DNA from: Marsupella aquatica
Taxonomy: Eukaryota > Plantae > Marchantiophyta
Direction of reading: 5' to 3'
Assembly: GCA_973895155.1 (NCBI GenBank)
Contig: OZ316892.1
Coordinates: 5,168,510-5,232,509 of the forward strand
DNA length: 64,000 bases
A program made the position numbers and the translations under genes. The notes under the pieces were generated by a model, which had not been told where the DNA came from, did not search any database, and saw nothing but the letters and a program-made list of their open reading frames with translations. The stretch's first letter is position 1, and the number at the start of each line of letters is the position of its first letter. Of this stretch, positions 24,201 through 38,583 are shown in pieces.

Positions 24201-26867
24201 TCCCCAGACCGGTGAGGAATGTGCTCACTGCAACCATTTTTACCCATTGCAAACTGACAAAGAAGAGTCGCTTCCTGCGGATAGACAAAGCAAAGCTCAC
24301 TGTACTAGTCTCGGACTTCGGTCCAGTTCCTCAGATTAATTCAATTCGAACACTGTAGTCCCACACGCATCTGTAGATTTCAACTTGCGTTATAACCTAC
24401 CAGTGAGTGGTCCAAATTTAGGGTAAGCCTGAATGCCACACCACCATTATGTTCGAGCTAAGTAGTTGTCAGTGCGATCACGTGTCCACAGCCATAACAT
24501 TCTACTCACTTAGGTGCACAAATTGCCAAATCTTTCTCGTTCTTTAACCTAAAGTTTGCGAAGTCATTGAGACAGAGAGCATAAGTCACTGCGACAGTGC
24601 ATATGGGCTCCTAATGTAGGAGGCAAATGTCCCCGTTCCCCCAAGAATGAGTAAACTCTGTCACTGTTCGTCTGAGCCCCATTAATGTACTCTCTTTCAA
24701 CAGCGGGTGAGTCAGTGACACTTTGCAGCACTACAATATTCCTTTGAGGCAGATCCCCTAAAGGCTAACTAAAGCAGATGTTGACAAGGACACCTCTGGG
24801 GAAACAAATCACATCATTCATACATCGTGTCCCCTTTATTCTTCCTGAGTAGATTTCAAGATTTAAAGTGGGCACTCGCCTTCACGAAGCCCATGTGCAC
24901 ATAGAGAGTTAGTGAGTAGAGAGAGAGAGCGTTTCAACTTGGGCCAAAACTTAGGACTCCGAGGTGCAATCACTTCGGCGTCTTTTAGCAAATCCCAAGA
25001 TTGAGCAGGCAAAAAAACAAAATCCTAAAACCTAGAGCTCTGGCGAAACACAACTCTCACCTGCCCTTTCGGAAGAAAAGGGTCAGAGCGAGAACATCAT
25101 TTGCCTGGGGAGATCCACGACTGCAGCTCACTACTCATTAGCCCACCAGTAAAGGGAAAGGCGGAAAATACAAAACTTCATGAGTACAAGTTATGGACAA
25201 CACAACTCCTCGTGGGGAACATCCCCAAAAGAAGCCCACAAAAGCCAAACAAAGGACACCAGCAGCCCTGCCAGTCCTTCCTCCGATTGAAGGTGGAGGC
25301 TTTGCAAGTCTGCTGGCTAGATGCATGTAAAAGCGCTACTGTACCTACCATCATCATCAGGGCATCTCTCTGTGAATTTTGCCATTGAACTACAACGAAT
25401 GTGATCATTTTCAAACATGCAGGGACTTTGTGCGACTTGAAATCTACCCACATCTACATTTGCTCTGCCTCGAAATCCAGCTTCGTAACCGTGAAGGAGG
25501 AGTATCAAATAACTCTCAGGGCCAGCAAAAGAGCCAGCTACAAACCAGGAACTAGATTTAAAGCTTATCATTCTGCATTCAGCTGGTCATGATAGCTGAA
25601 GTGACGGTGAAGCTGGACGCCACGTTGCCGGGGCAAAAGAGATATGTCTATGGCTCAGATTCCAGTTTCTAGTCCATGTTGGGTGGGTGATGAACAGCCT
25701 GCAGGGCAACACGGCTACCATCTACTGCCTGCAGCACAGCTTTTCAGCGACAACATATCATGGAGCTTCAAAGCTGTTCCTCTCGAAGGAACAAAGTTGA
25801 GGCAAGTGAAGAGTGTGCGGCAAAGCTCATGAGTGTTTCTTAACCTGGAGGTCTCTATAATTCTCGAATTCTCTTTTCCTCTATAATGTAGTGAGAGAAT
25901 GTCAGCAAACAGGTGCCAACATGTTCAATCATGTCACTTGTCCCTAAGATGGATCCATAGCCACTCTGGGGTTTGTGGGGCTGTAACCCTTGCTTGTGTC
26001 TCTCTCGTTAGGGGGGCTTCTCAATATCTTTTTGGCCTCTATAATGTAGAGAGAGCATGTCAGCAAAAGAGTTTCAAAAAACCATTAATGATTGACGAAT
26101 TGTCCCTAACATTATAGGTTTGTTGTCGGATCCTCAACGTGTTGGGGGTCCCTGCATTCCAAACAATACTCAAGTCTTGTATCTGCTGTCCACAGTTTGA
26201 CTTGGCTTTGGAGTGAGGGGGGAATTGTAGTGTCCAGGGTAGTTGTAAATGCTTTTTCTTATTAGCCAGTGGTGAATGTCACCTTTTGTGAAGGAGAAGA
26301 TGCTAACAATATTTCTTATCTCCCTAGGTTTAATATATCATAATTTCTGACCCTTAGATCTCCCTAGATATCAAATGATTATGGCTAATCAAAGACAAAA
26401 ACAGTTTGGCAGATTAATTCTTGCCTCCAAAAACAAAATTAATCCGTGGACCCCCATGTTATTTTAGAGGCAGTTATCTAGAAACTGAAGCCTAGACAAA
26501 TCTAAAGAAAAAAAATTCAAAAATGGACAAGTCAATGTTTGACACTTGAAACAGTTTCCAAACTTACCAAGGCAACCATAATTAACATCAAATAATCGTA
26601 AAACCAGCTGCACTGTGAACTATTGTTTAATGTGTGGGTAGCTTAATTGCCCACTTCAGCAAAACGGTGCTCGACGTTTTCTTCCACGATACCGACGGGA
26701 TGCTGGATGCACTCAAGTTGCATCGAAAGTAATCACTTTCAATTCCTACACGTAGATAGACGAAGAGAGAGAAGTCATCGGTGTCATCAAATCATTAACT
26801 TTGCATAATCATTTACGACAAAAAGTTTCATGGAAGCAAATCTCCAATTGTGGAATTTGGAATCGAT

Positions 26868-27080
26868 CAAAAGCTAGAGAAATTTAGAAACTCATGACAC
26901 TTTAGTTCTTGATAAAATCTCCCAATATTACACTCATTGGAAAGCTAAAGAACATTGAAAACTTATAATCTCCTCAGAATTCAACTAAATCTATCAATGT
27001 TAAGTTCATTAAAAAGCTAAAGAATTTAAAAATTCATAATCTCCTTAACACTCAATAAAATCTGTCAATTTTAGGTTCAT
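26868..27080. repeat. Three degenerate ~72-bp tandem units
   Basis: AAAGCTA.AGAA..TT..AAA.T..AT.A recurs at about 26871, 26941 and 27013. Confidence 0.75.
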
Positions 27081-29232
27081 TCTCATGGAGGGGTCAACAT
27101 TTCAGGGGTTGTACAACAAAGATTTATATTCACGTTAGAGATTATGAAATAAAATCTATTTTCAAATTACTTACTCAATTCTTACCTAATGATAACAATG
27201 CTAAGCTCATCACGACCGTCTCTTCAAGATCTTTCTAACGCCATATTATACGTGAGTTTTCATTATGATTTGACTCAGCAATGTCAAATCAAAAATTGTC
27301 ATCGAGAAAATTTTATGTTTTGAATAAAATCAAAGTGTAAATAAAAAAGTTATTGGGAGCAGTTTTACCTCAATCTTTTTGTCTTTTAATTTGCATGTCA
27401 GATTTTTTATGGCATGGTGTCCCAATTTTTACAGTAAACTTGCCACAAACATGAATGCAGAAGTTAATTTTATTCAAAAACAAGTCTCTTCCTTTTTGCA
27501 GCGTGCCATGATGATGTGGCGTGCTGTGGAGCCAGGAATTTTGCAAAGGACCCCTAATGGAGGTCCGTAACAAAATCTGGTGGTGGCCCTGGTTGATCTT
27601 TGATGGACCATTTGGAATATCTACTGTATGTCATATGTTTTATTTTTAAAAGAAGGGAAACGAAGCCAAAGAGAATGAAGGGCAAGCAATTGGCCCTGCC
27701 ACCCAGGCTAGGGGAAAACCCTGATAAATGAAACCCAAAACCCCTGGGGTCAAGACAGAAAATAGGCTTGAGATGTTGTTGATCCCCAAAGAGTTTTGTC
27801 AGGAATCTGAAATAATTTCCACCTGCCACTATTTCTGTTTCTGAATTTTAGGGGAAAACCCATCCACACTTGGGAGGTGATGCCCCCAGTCTACACACTA
27901 CACTATTCCTCTCATCCATGGCTGACCCTTCATCTCCCCTTGGAGGAAACAACCAAGCAATCATTTATGCCAAAATCTAATTCTTTCTGTTTCTTCCAAA
28001 AGTAGTGGCTGCAAACATTTGCGCGCGCTCAATCAGTCTGATAGGAATAATTCTAGGGCTATCTCTGAAGTAGTTGGGCTGAAATATTTCAGTTGAGTTT
28101 CATTTGGTTGCAGACATCAATCATATTGAGTTTGATGAACTTTTGGAAGGAATCTTGTCATACAAGGTTTTCCTCCCACCAGAGCTGCACACGACCAGTT
28201 GCATGGTTATTTTGTTTCGTATGGGATTTTCTGGGATCCTATCGCTTGGAAACAAAATCTGATGAGCATTTCATTTGTAAGACTCACAACGAGTATGAAC
28301 AAAATGTTAAGTCCTCCCAAATTCTATAGACAAAATTTTATGAGAACATGGAAAGTTGCACTGGTGAGAAACAATTTATCAACTTGTAAGAACCCTTATA
28401 ACATGCAAACCCCCAATTTGCTGGCTATTTAGAGACAAGTCTAGGTGGGTAGAACCTTGGACAAGTTTTCCATAGTTTGCATGCTCTTTGAAAAATTAAC
28501 CAATGCAAATTTCTTTGAGATGTATATTACAATGTAACTAAAAGTAGATATGCATGCTTAGACCACTGAAAAAGGAACCCCCTACTGCAGATGGAAAATT
28601 CAGTGTCATTCAATATACAGGCCAGTGACCATAGCTATGTGATCACAATACACTGAAACCTTTGTGATCACAATACACCGAACAATACAGTTTGTGACGA
28701 TACTATGCACAGCATGGATCACAACAGTGAACTAAAGCTCAGCCAAAAATCAAACTCAAATGATATTCAGAAAGGAGACTGACATCTGACAGTGAAACAA
28801 AAGACATGTATAATTGAGAAGCTCCAAAAGAATTATTGTATGCTACAATCCATACTCTTCTCTCTTTCTCTCTCCCTATGATGAGAATTTATTGTGGGAA
28901 CCGATCTATGGTGGCAATCACTTTTTGGGGCAGATAGCGGCCATAGATCAAGGAATCCCTGAAAAATGCTTCCCAAGCTGACCAAGAAATGTTTTTAATA
29001 GTTGTGTTGCTTCTACATGCATCATTTTTTCATATTGTACTCCATATATTTTTAAAAGCAGAAATACCGCTTGAGCAAGCCTTGCAATTTGCTTGACGAC
29101 TGAACCCCCTGACTTAATATTTTAGAATGTAAATCCCCACAAGTATGTCAGGGGCCATTGCTTCTCTATATTCTCTATACCGATTAAATCTGGACCCTAT
29201 ACTCTGGACCCTATTAATTCTTTCCCACTCAA

Positions 29233-29515
29233 TTCTTCTGGTAAACTTCAGACTGATCCACAGTACAAATGGTACTGATATGTCCCATGGCAAATGTAGA
29301 ATTCATCAAGTAAGTCTTTGGATGACAGAATTCATCCAAGTTGGCTTCTTCTCGTAAATGCAGACTCACCTACAACAAAAATGGTACCAATTAATATGTC
29401 CCAGGGCAAATGTAGGAATTCATGAAGTGAGTCTTAATTTGGATGACAGAATTTCATCGAAGTTCACTTCTTCTTGTAAAATGCAGACTTACCTAGCATA
29501 CAAATGGTACCTATA
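29233..29515. repeat. Tandem repeat of about 112-123 bp, 2.3 copies
   Basis: CAGACT...AAATGGTAC...ATATGTCCCA.GGCAAATGTAG anchors at 29249, 29361 and (partial) 29484. Confidence 0.85.
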
Positions 29516-29760
29516 TGACTCAGTGAGGAACCTAGCCCCAACCTTGAAAGCATAATTAGATTGAACCAATCATTATGAGCCAAGCCTACCATGCATCGAA
29601 ATATATCATAGCAAAGGCTCATAAATTCAGACGAACATTCACAGCAACGTACTTTTTTTTCCACATACTTGTGGTTCAAAAGAAATTGAGGAGAACAATA
29701 CAACTTGGAAACATAATCACAAAAGATAGGCACGCAATATTGCTCACGACTTTACCATAT
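29500..29760 (+). mobile_element. Possible hAT transposase dimerisation-domain relic
   Basis: Frameshifted KWYLYD..NLAPTL / IIRLNQ / HRNIS / RTFFSTYLWFKRN loosely follows hATC 'W..YG...P.L...A.R.L.Q..S...CERN.ST...I..K.RN'. Very degenerate. Confidence 0.25.
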
Positions 29761-31059
29761 CCAAAGTACTGGTAGTTGAACACAAAGCAATGAAAAGAAA
29801 AGAAAAGAACATTTGAAAAGTATTGGACAATTTTGAATGGTGAGAAGGGTGACCAGAAAGTGGGTGAGATCTTATGGTTATTGTTGAACTCAATGCAATG
29901 AAGAGAGATTGATCCAAAGAAAGAGCATCAAGAAGATGAACAGAAAGTAAGATCATCATAGAGCTGTTGACCACAAACACAACACAAAAGCAACATTGGG
30001 TGTCTATGGCAAGGAAAGATGAAGATGAAGACACATCAATCAAGAAATTTGAACCTATTTGGGAAATTAAAACATTGAGCCCAATGAACTATTGAATGCA
30101 ATAGCAACCAACTAGAGTGAAATTAGATCGCTCTAGCCATTACCATGACCAACAAGCAGGAGTGTATTATATGTCCTAGGTTAGGGAAGGAGTTGTCAGC
30201 TTGGCTACTTCCTAGATTTATAAACATGGCTACATTGCCATGGGGTTTGATTCTTGAAAAAGTTGTGTTTGAAACTTGAATTCAATCTTGAACTTAGGTG
30301 TCAAATGTTATAACAGTGACCACAATTTGGTCCTCCCCAACTTGCCTGTGTAGAGCTGGAATTGCTACTAATCACATCAGCCAACAACTCAAACATCAGT
30401 CAATCACCCCACTATTTACCCCTAATTGCTCTGTTTAGAAAGGTCTATGCTTGCATAAGGACCTGTATCATGCAAATAGACCTGGCTTGTGGGAGTGGTT
30501 AACACGTACACATGGAACCCAAATTAACTTGTTACTTTGCAATTCTGCCTGAAGCTGGGATCAAGCACAATATCTCGTTCTACAGAGGGCTCATGCTAGA
30601 GAGGCAGACCCCCCTTGAAGCTTGAAGGGCAGCTGTCAAACTACTGAAGCTGAGATCTTATTGACATCCCAACCGCATCCCTTAAGTAGTGAAGCTGACT
30701 TGCACTTGCAAAGGAAACTTGACACTACTGATTCATCAACAGACTGCAGTCTCCCCCAAAGCCATGTCCTGTTTTCTAGAGTTTGAACGGGTTCCATAGA
30801 GGGGGAACTGAGTGGAAGTGAGGTTCTGACTTTCCCACTCCCACTCCCAATGGTGGGAGCTGGGTTGTACGTGGGAACCGTTGCATAGGGGAGCCAAGTT
30901 CTAGCTTCATGTCCTAGTTTTGAATTAAATTGAGTTCTAATCTTTTGATGCAAGTTTCAAGAAACATTGCGTTGGGGTTGGTTGGGGCCAGCCATTTTTG
31001 TAGTCATATTTTCTGGTAAGTCTCACCTGGAAGAGTGCTTGAATGACAACCAGCTTCCC

Positions 31060-31410
31060 CCAAACACAGCGCATGGCGCTGTGTCCAAAAATGGTTTTTT
31101 TGAGGTCCCATGACAAAAAACACATTTGAACCTGGAACATTTCATTTCAACACAACGCCCAGTTGTTGTGTTCAAGGTTGCGTTTGAGTTGGGCGTTGTG
31201 TTTGAGTTTTGACCCTAAATTACTGTAATTTGAACCCAAAACACTTCTTTTTTAACACAACGCCCGGTTGTTGTGTTTGAGGTTATGTTCAAGTTGGATG
31301 TTGTGTTTGAGTTGACCCTAAATTATTGTGCATTGGGCAAAAACAGTCATAAATTCATAATCATATGACAATTGCTGAACACAGCATCCATTTTGAAACA
31401 CAATGCCGTG
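31060..31410. repeat. Duplicated ~105-bp block built from AACACAACGCCC motifs in both orientations (DNA-transposon subterminal-like)
   Basis: 31146-31227 matches 31251-31330. The motif AACACAACGCCC and its reverse complement GGGCGTTGTGTT co-occur. Confidence 0.7.
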
Positions 31411-31749
31411 CTAGCACAAAAAATCAAAACACATAGTCAAACTTGGATATAACACCCAGCGAACTATTTGAATAGAGCACCCCATGGCCCACTATTTGAA
31501 TACAAGGCCATGACATTGTGTTAGGAGGAAGACAGTAGTGTAAAGGTAAAAAAATTTAAAATGGCCCTATAAATCTACCTATCACTTGCCAGAACAGGAA
31601 TTGGACTCTCTAGTGTAGCAATGCAAGGGAACCTTTAGAAGGGGCCACTTGTAACCCCGCTTGTAACTAGCACAACAACTGAAGGGCCACTTCTGTTCAA
31701 AAGATAGGGTTGGTTATCAAAAAACGTTTTGAAATGAAGTTCAATGAAT

Positions 31750-32120
31750 GGAGATCCCTTGAATGAAGGATACTTAGACCACTGGTCTGAAATTCAAGAC
31801 AAAATAAGAAATACAAATCAGAATTTCCTTGGGTCCACATGTGACTATGTAAGTTTGGTAGACACCATACCTGAATCCATGTAGGCCATCATACCTGAAT
31901 GGGTTCTTTGAGTTGTTGAAAAGCCAACTGCAACCATTTCACCCATCATACTATACAGATTTGATCTCATAGGGAATAAAGGAAGCAATGAGCCCTGACT
32001 TCTTGTAAAGCCACCAAATGGTGAAATGTGGTGGTGAAATGTGACCAGCCAATATGTAATGAACAGATTGCTCCAATGTCACATAAAGAAATTGAGTTGC
32101 TTTCCCTGTCCTCATGCAAC
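31750..32120 (-). mobile_element. Possible LINE ORF2 fragment
   Basis: Minus-strand FHHLVALQEV...WVKWLQLAFQ...WPTWIQ resembles the post-RT 'HLV.W..V....LL.KWLW.F' region. Degenerate. Confidence 0.3.
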
Positions 32121-32894
32121 CCTAATTCATCACTACCAGTTTTAAATAGTGGAGTTGCTTTCTAGATGTCTCATCTTTGGACAACTCTTTGCCATTTTTG
32201 ACTCAAATAAACTATCTTTTGTGTCTTCCATTCCCGCTTCCGTTAGCCCTTTCTTACCTAGGACGAGCGTAAATAGCCAGAATCTGACGGTGATCCTTAA
32301 ATTTAAGGAGACCTATTGGTTAAAAACTTAATCCGGGAAAATTAGATAAAATCATTTTCGTCTTTGCGCAAGATAGCATTCGCCAGGTGGCCAAATAGAA
32401 AATATCATTACTCTATGGAAATTTAAAAAAAAAAAACCTTTCAAGAAAAGACAAATCCCATTATTTCAACACAAGACGCGCAGAATGCCAACCGACGGGG
32501 TTTCTTAAAAGCCGCGAAGAATACATGAAGCCAGTCCGGGCTTCTTTCCCGATCGTTCTTCTTTCGAGACGTAGATCCTTCACAAAAGCGAGCAGAAAGA
32601 TATCTTTCCGAGGCCTGACAGGAACACTAATGAAGGGATCTCTTTTTCGTCTCCTTTCAAAGAGGTCAGCGGCCGGGCCGGCGGGAAACCGGGCGCCGAA
32701 GACGACAAGGGGGCCCCGGTCCCCGGCCGTCCAGAGACCGCCGAGGACTGCAGTCAGAGGTGTGGCCCCCGCCCTCCCCACCCCCACCCCCCCCCCAAGT
32801 CCCAACTAAGGGCATGTTTTATTTTAATCTAAACTTCACGAAATGATGCTCTTATGTGGCGTGCATTTTAAGGCTTTTCAATGTGGGATACTCC

Positions 32895-33040
32895 TTGATT
32901 TGTTGGGTCTCTTTGGTCCTCTTGTGGTCTTTTCCTTCCCTCCCTTTATTGGGTTCTTTTGTCTTCAGGATCCTGTCTCCCTGTTTGGCGATCCTGGTCT
33001 TTTTGGCAGTGTGATATATACTTTTCTTTTTTCTGTTTGA
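32895..33040 (+). mobile_element. Short interspersed repeat (retroposon 3'-tail-like); related copies at 5010-5095(-), 50388-50685(-) and 51211-51390(-)
   Basis: GGTCTTTT.CTTCCC.CCCTTTATTGGGTT...TGTCTCCC.GTTTG.CG.TCCTG.TCTTTTTGGCAGTGT.ATATATA is shared with the reverse complement of 51215-51312. The core AACCCAAT.AAG.G recurs in the other copies. Confidence 0.7.
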
Positions 33041-36000
33041 CCAAAGTGGGGAATGCCACCTTGGGGTGAAGGAGAGGAGTAATGCTACGAAACATTTCTA
33101 AACCTAATTAACCTACAATAGTTAAATTTCTGACCATTAGAACTCTTGGATTTAAGGAGGACTGTTAGCTTCTGGCTGCTATTCTGGCTACTTGGGTATA
33201 TGGTTAGGTGAGAGACTGGCTAATAATCTTAGCAAAGAATCTGGCTAATTTTGGCAAGTGACAAAGGATTTAAGGAAGGTAGAGAATCTGGCAAAATATT
33301 TCCAATAAATAACTGGTAAGACTGCTATAATGGAACTATGGAACCCCATTGACGTGACACCGTTTACACTTTCACTCATTGAAACCCTTTTTCTTTCCCA
33401 AGGTTTTCAAGAAAATTGACCATCAAGAGAGTGGGTTGTGGATCTATTATTGTAGGTTGTTTCAAAGCTTCATAGTTATGGATGAGGGCTTTTGGCCATA
33501 ACAAATGGCCAAAGCTTTTTTACAAGGTTATGGGATTTACAAGTTTAGGTTGACTAGACTAAGGTTTCTCTAAGGTTGACTCTAAGGTGACTAATGGTCA
33601 TGGCACATGACCAACCTTTTTGGCAAAATGCTATGGATCTTGAATTTAGTATAGCATCTCAAAACCTCAAAGCTGCAGATGATGACTTTTTTGGCCACCA
33701 ATTTGGCCATAGCTTTCAATTGTTACAGGGCTATGTAAAAGGTTTTTTTTGTTTCTTCGCTAGCCTCTACAGTGACTTCATGGCATCCCGCATGGCATAT
33801 GACCATTATTTACGGAAAAGTTGTGGACTCTGAATTTTGTAGTCCATCACTTTTTCTGTCCTTAACCTTAACGGCTAAGTTAAGGTCCATCAAATTTTGA
33901 AGTTTGAGACCCCCTATTTGAGAGTCAAAGCTTGAGCTATATTTTGGGCTTTAGACCTTGTGGTTCAGTGGGAAACTGGCTAATGCATCTGGTGTTGAGG
34001 TATTCTATGTTGCGAGCAAACAGGAGATTTTGATAGCAAAAAGATTTTGATAGCAAGACAATAATGATTTCAAATTTTAGTTACTTTTTTACATTTTTTG
34101 TGTTTTTTTAAAGGCTGCAGATGGCTAGCAAGCTCGCTAGCAAAAAGGGAGTCCCCAAAAGGGATGTTACCAACCAGGTAGTTGATAGCGAGGCAGTTGC
34201 ATGTAGAAAAATGTAGGGTTCATGCAGGAATTGTTTTTGCTTGTGCGAGGAAAAAATTTACTGTTTGCTCGCACGTTACAATTACCCTTTGGTGTTCACC
34301 TGACTACCCTTGAGTGGAGCGTTCCCCCTGTCTTGATGTTTTGCATTTGTATTGCTAGACGAACAAAACTAGTAAGATGATGATAGTCTGTAGTTGGACG
34401 GATGTCCTCTCAGTTCCAAGGCAGAAAAAGAACATACCATGGCCCACTCCCAACCACTAGCCCAACCACCCCTAGCTCCTTGGATGCAGATAGAAGTGTG
34501 AAAAGTCTCATTGTGTGGGTTGCACAAACTAGATTTTTTGTTTGAAAATGGACCATAATTAATTGAAAAAGGACCAAATGAAGTACAATGAAATGAAGGG
34601 AAAGCAAAGTGTTGTTCGCTTTGGACCTCTTTTTCTTTGGACCACTTTTTCTTTCCTTTTCATTGTACTTAAGTTTTTACCTGGTTTATAAACATTGGTG
34701 GAACATTGGTCCAAAAGAGAACAACACTAAACAAGAAGGCAACACTAAACAACAGGGCATGTAGGGGAAACAACGTTTGTGATGGACTCATCAACCTTTG
34801 AGGCACTTAGTTTGGTTGATTTTAACCCGGTGAAAACAGTACTCTGGCAAGAGACGACGATATACCAGCGGTGGCCTTTCTCTCTCGTTGGCAGGAAATA
34901 ATGCTTAGATTCCCTCACTATAACTGGTATGGGCTAACTCCTGTCGTTACACGCTTTCGAGGCCAAAGATGATTCTGATTTTGATGGATGATTGACGTCC
35001 AAGAGGGCCGTGACGAGTATGAATGGGGACCAATTGCACTCAGGAGTCACGAGTTTGTACACTATCGTCGTTCGCTATATATTTGTATTGGAATCCAGCC
35101 CCTCTTACCATAAAGGCATTGTGAAGGCGTCAATCGAAATACTAGAAGTCCAACATGAAATTCAAAAAGATCTTTCTAAAGGCAAAAAGAAGTCCAACAT
35201 GAGGTGCGCGGGGACTTCAATCTTGATGGAAGAAAGTGGCCACGAGAGATATTGTGATTCGCTCTACTGTACTGTAGATTTCTCGATAACGTACGCCAAT
35301 CTGCCTTCGACATGTGATGACTTGTTAGCAACTAGGACATTACATATTGGCCTGAGGCCAGAACTCGGTCATTCATTGGGGTCATGCTGCAGGCATTCTT
35401 CCTGAGTAGCACTAAATCTAGGATGATGATGCCGGGTTGATAAAGCCCAATGAAGCAGATCATAGATTCGATATATACAGGCACTAGATGATCGAGCTGT
35501 AATATTGCACGTCCCACGAAAAAGTGTTGATGTCGCTCCTGGTAAAATTACGATGATTCCAGCCCGCATCATGGGTGATGGTTCTTTCCGTCACATGGAA
35601 GAGGAGAACGCCTTGAGGCAGGCTGTCTTCTATTGAGGAGCAGCTAACGCTGTGGGAAACCTCGTGGGGAACATCTTGGCTCATTGGGAGTCGAGCCCTC
35701 AGGGCGTCGTAGGCTTGCCTTTTTCCAGCAACCCAGACCGCTTGTCAGAGTCCTTGACAGTCAGCAATCCATGTGAAATATCGTGACTCTTGGGCCCCAG
35801 CCTCTTTGCAAGTTAAGCAAATTAACAGATGGCATCACCACGATCTCTTTAATTTCAGTTCAAATCTCGAGATTACAGTGCAACAGAGATAGTCTGTGCA
35901 TCTCAAATAAGCTCAACGGATATGAATCTGACCACAGCAGACAGCGTAAGTTCAGCGATTATGCGAATTGTTACGCAGCAGCTGACTCCAGCATTGCCGT

Positions 36001-38583
36001 GGAATGAAGTCGACTTACTTCACTGTTTTTGCTGTAAGGTGTGGATTTGTTAGATTTTACACCAGGAGTTTACACCCATTAGAGGCCTTCAATGGTAAGA
36101 CCCAGTGTAAGACTGCAGTTTCAATTTGTTGGCTCAAGAACCCAACATGAGGGACTGGCTCGGCGGGAAACATGGTCCCGGGTCCACAAAGGTACCGACA
36201 TTACTCATCGCCGGCTGTCGAGGAACATTCTAAATGTATGTCGGCCAGGCCCGGCAAGTTTTCTATTCTGCGATCTGGGACAGGCTCCTTATTGAGCTCC
36301 ATATCTTTTGATCGTATCCGGATTCGGCCTGAGCTGAGACTTCTGTCTCCGTTGCAAATAAAAGATGATAATAACGTAGACAAGTTGATTGCATTCATTT
36401 GGCAAAACCTACCAGAGAAGCAAACCGACCGCACATGATTGGAAAAGACTTGTAGTGGAGGCCGCTGATCCTAAATTCACCACTTTCCTCTGCCAGGGTC
36501 TACAAGGACTTCGTGAAGCGCCGTTACAGCCAATTGCAACGGCAGGATCGATCCATAGTGCTTCCTGACATTGTTGAAAACTCTAGCTCCCAGGCAATCA
36601 ATCTACAGCTTCTATTGAGCCGGACACCAGCTGGATCCGTCCAAACCCTTGACTCTTAGCTTCGCTTATGGGGGGACTTAATCCAGGTACTCGCTTGTGG
36701 AGCTAATCCAGGTGCTCTCTCAAACTCGTCCTGGAAGTCTTTCATGGTAAAATAGCTAAGCTGAGTGAGGTCAGTCCTGTTGCCCGGCCATGTGCCCCGA
36801 CCAGACTTACTCTCGCCAAAACTGCGGTTCCTCCAAAGGGATCTAGATTCTCCCAAACCCCCCCAGAGAGCAGCAGGAGCTACACTGCAAGCCCACGAAT
36901 GTCTACTGTACTTTGCTCTCCTCACTGGCTCTCTGGTGCTATACAGTAGGTTCCTGGGTTACTTCGCGTTCATTGTAATGGATGATGACAAATTTACAAT
37001 GGTGTCGGTCCTGGTTCTGCCATAGCTGAGCATGTTAATTCCTCACACGTACGCTGACATTTTATTCTTGTGTACTGCAGCTGCCGATGCCCGAGAGTTG
37101 ATGGCTTGGTGCACAAGGGGTGACAGCAAAACGAGACTCACTTCATTCTTATCTCATCCTAAGATGAACGCATTCCACTGTTGATTAGCAATTTTATTTT
37201 TTATAGTCCTGGCAGTTTAGAACCCCTGAAAACCAGACGCAGAGTGTACAAATTCTAATCAGAGCGGGAAAACAATTGAGCATCGTCGGTCAGTGCATGG
37301 TTTCAGGAGTCCAAAATAACGCTAGAAGACATTGTGGACACGCGCGTGGGTCAATGAATTGTAATGAAGTTTTCTGACATTCATGCGCCACGGGTTTCAA
37401 ATTATTGGTCCGTAGAATGAATAGAGAATATGAATATGCTGACATCTGTTTACCACCAATTTCTAATGTATAATGTTTCGAAGTTTCATGTGGCTCATGT
37501 AGTCCACACTCCCATATATTATATTGAGACGGTGTGTACTTCAAACTGTACTTCGAAATGTTGTAGCCATTAATGTGAATTGTACAATCCTATCTATTTC
37601 AAAAGTCCCTGCTACAGGGCTTTACTTGTTCAGGGTCCCCCTGTATTCCAAAACGCGCGGATGGACATTCATAATTGGGACTGATATCCACTAAACTCTC
37701 TTTCCTGTTCAGCTCTTACATATTACACTCGAGAAAACAAAGATAATCATCTTTGCAAATTTACACCTCTTTCAATTACTAATGAAAGTTTGTGATATTA
37801 GACTGAATGGCAAGATCTTTCCAAGCTACTTGGAATAAAACTAAGAACTGCCATTTGCCATGCCTTCCATGTCAAGATTTGCCCACAAAAAGCTTTCCAA
37901 ACCCAGAAGAATGAAATGTCAATTTTTTTTCCAATAAAGGGAGAATGTCAGGGAGTGAGAGTGTAAAGGAGAACATGGTCCATGGGAGTTATGGTTTACA
38001 AGCTTGGTCCATTCAGGCATGCTCAACACGTTTGTAGGGGAATATTCAGGACCTGTGTTTTATTCTTATTTTTGAAATTTAGGGCCCGTGTTGATTGGGC
38101 TTCAATCTGGCCCGTAATACACTGTAGAAGAGTTTCCTCACCTAAAAGGAGCCCATCCAAAATCATTAGAGTACCTAGAATTGGCATTCTGTTACACTCT
38201 CATGAGTGGCTCACCGTTGTTTTCGTTGATCCATAAATTGCAGCGCAATTCTCTCCAGAAGCAGATGACCGCCCCCCATGCCCTTTTTCTCCAATTGGCC
38301 CTCGATTTGATCGACCTTTCATGAAACCCAATCGGCCACTACTTTAGGGCCCAAAATTGGTGGCCTGATTTCCTTTAATCTCGGTGATTTTTTTTGGACC
38401 TAAAAGGGGTCAGGTAGAACACAAATCCACGGTTGCAGGGCGGCTCTAGTAGTGTATACCAGCACTGGCCCCAAATAAGGGGGAAGTGTCCAAAACTTAA
38501 CTTTCTCACATTCTAGACTTCCCTGCATGTTACAGGTCTGATCGTAGAGAATGAGCATTAATGTAGTGAGGGTCTGGTTTGGG

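Noticed and set aside
26210-26300. GAGGGGGGAAT-TGTAG resembling a PPT plus 3' LTR start
   Set aside because: No partner LTR, PBS or pol remnant could be tied to it.
32150-33350. MITE-like ends (TATCATTACTC at 32403-32413, GAGTAATGCTA at 33077) and an imperfect inverted match 32272-32305 / 33148-33185
   Set aside because: The ends face away from each other and no partner TIR or TSD could be assigned. Probably fragments of separate old MITEs.
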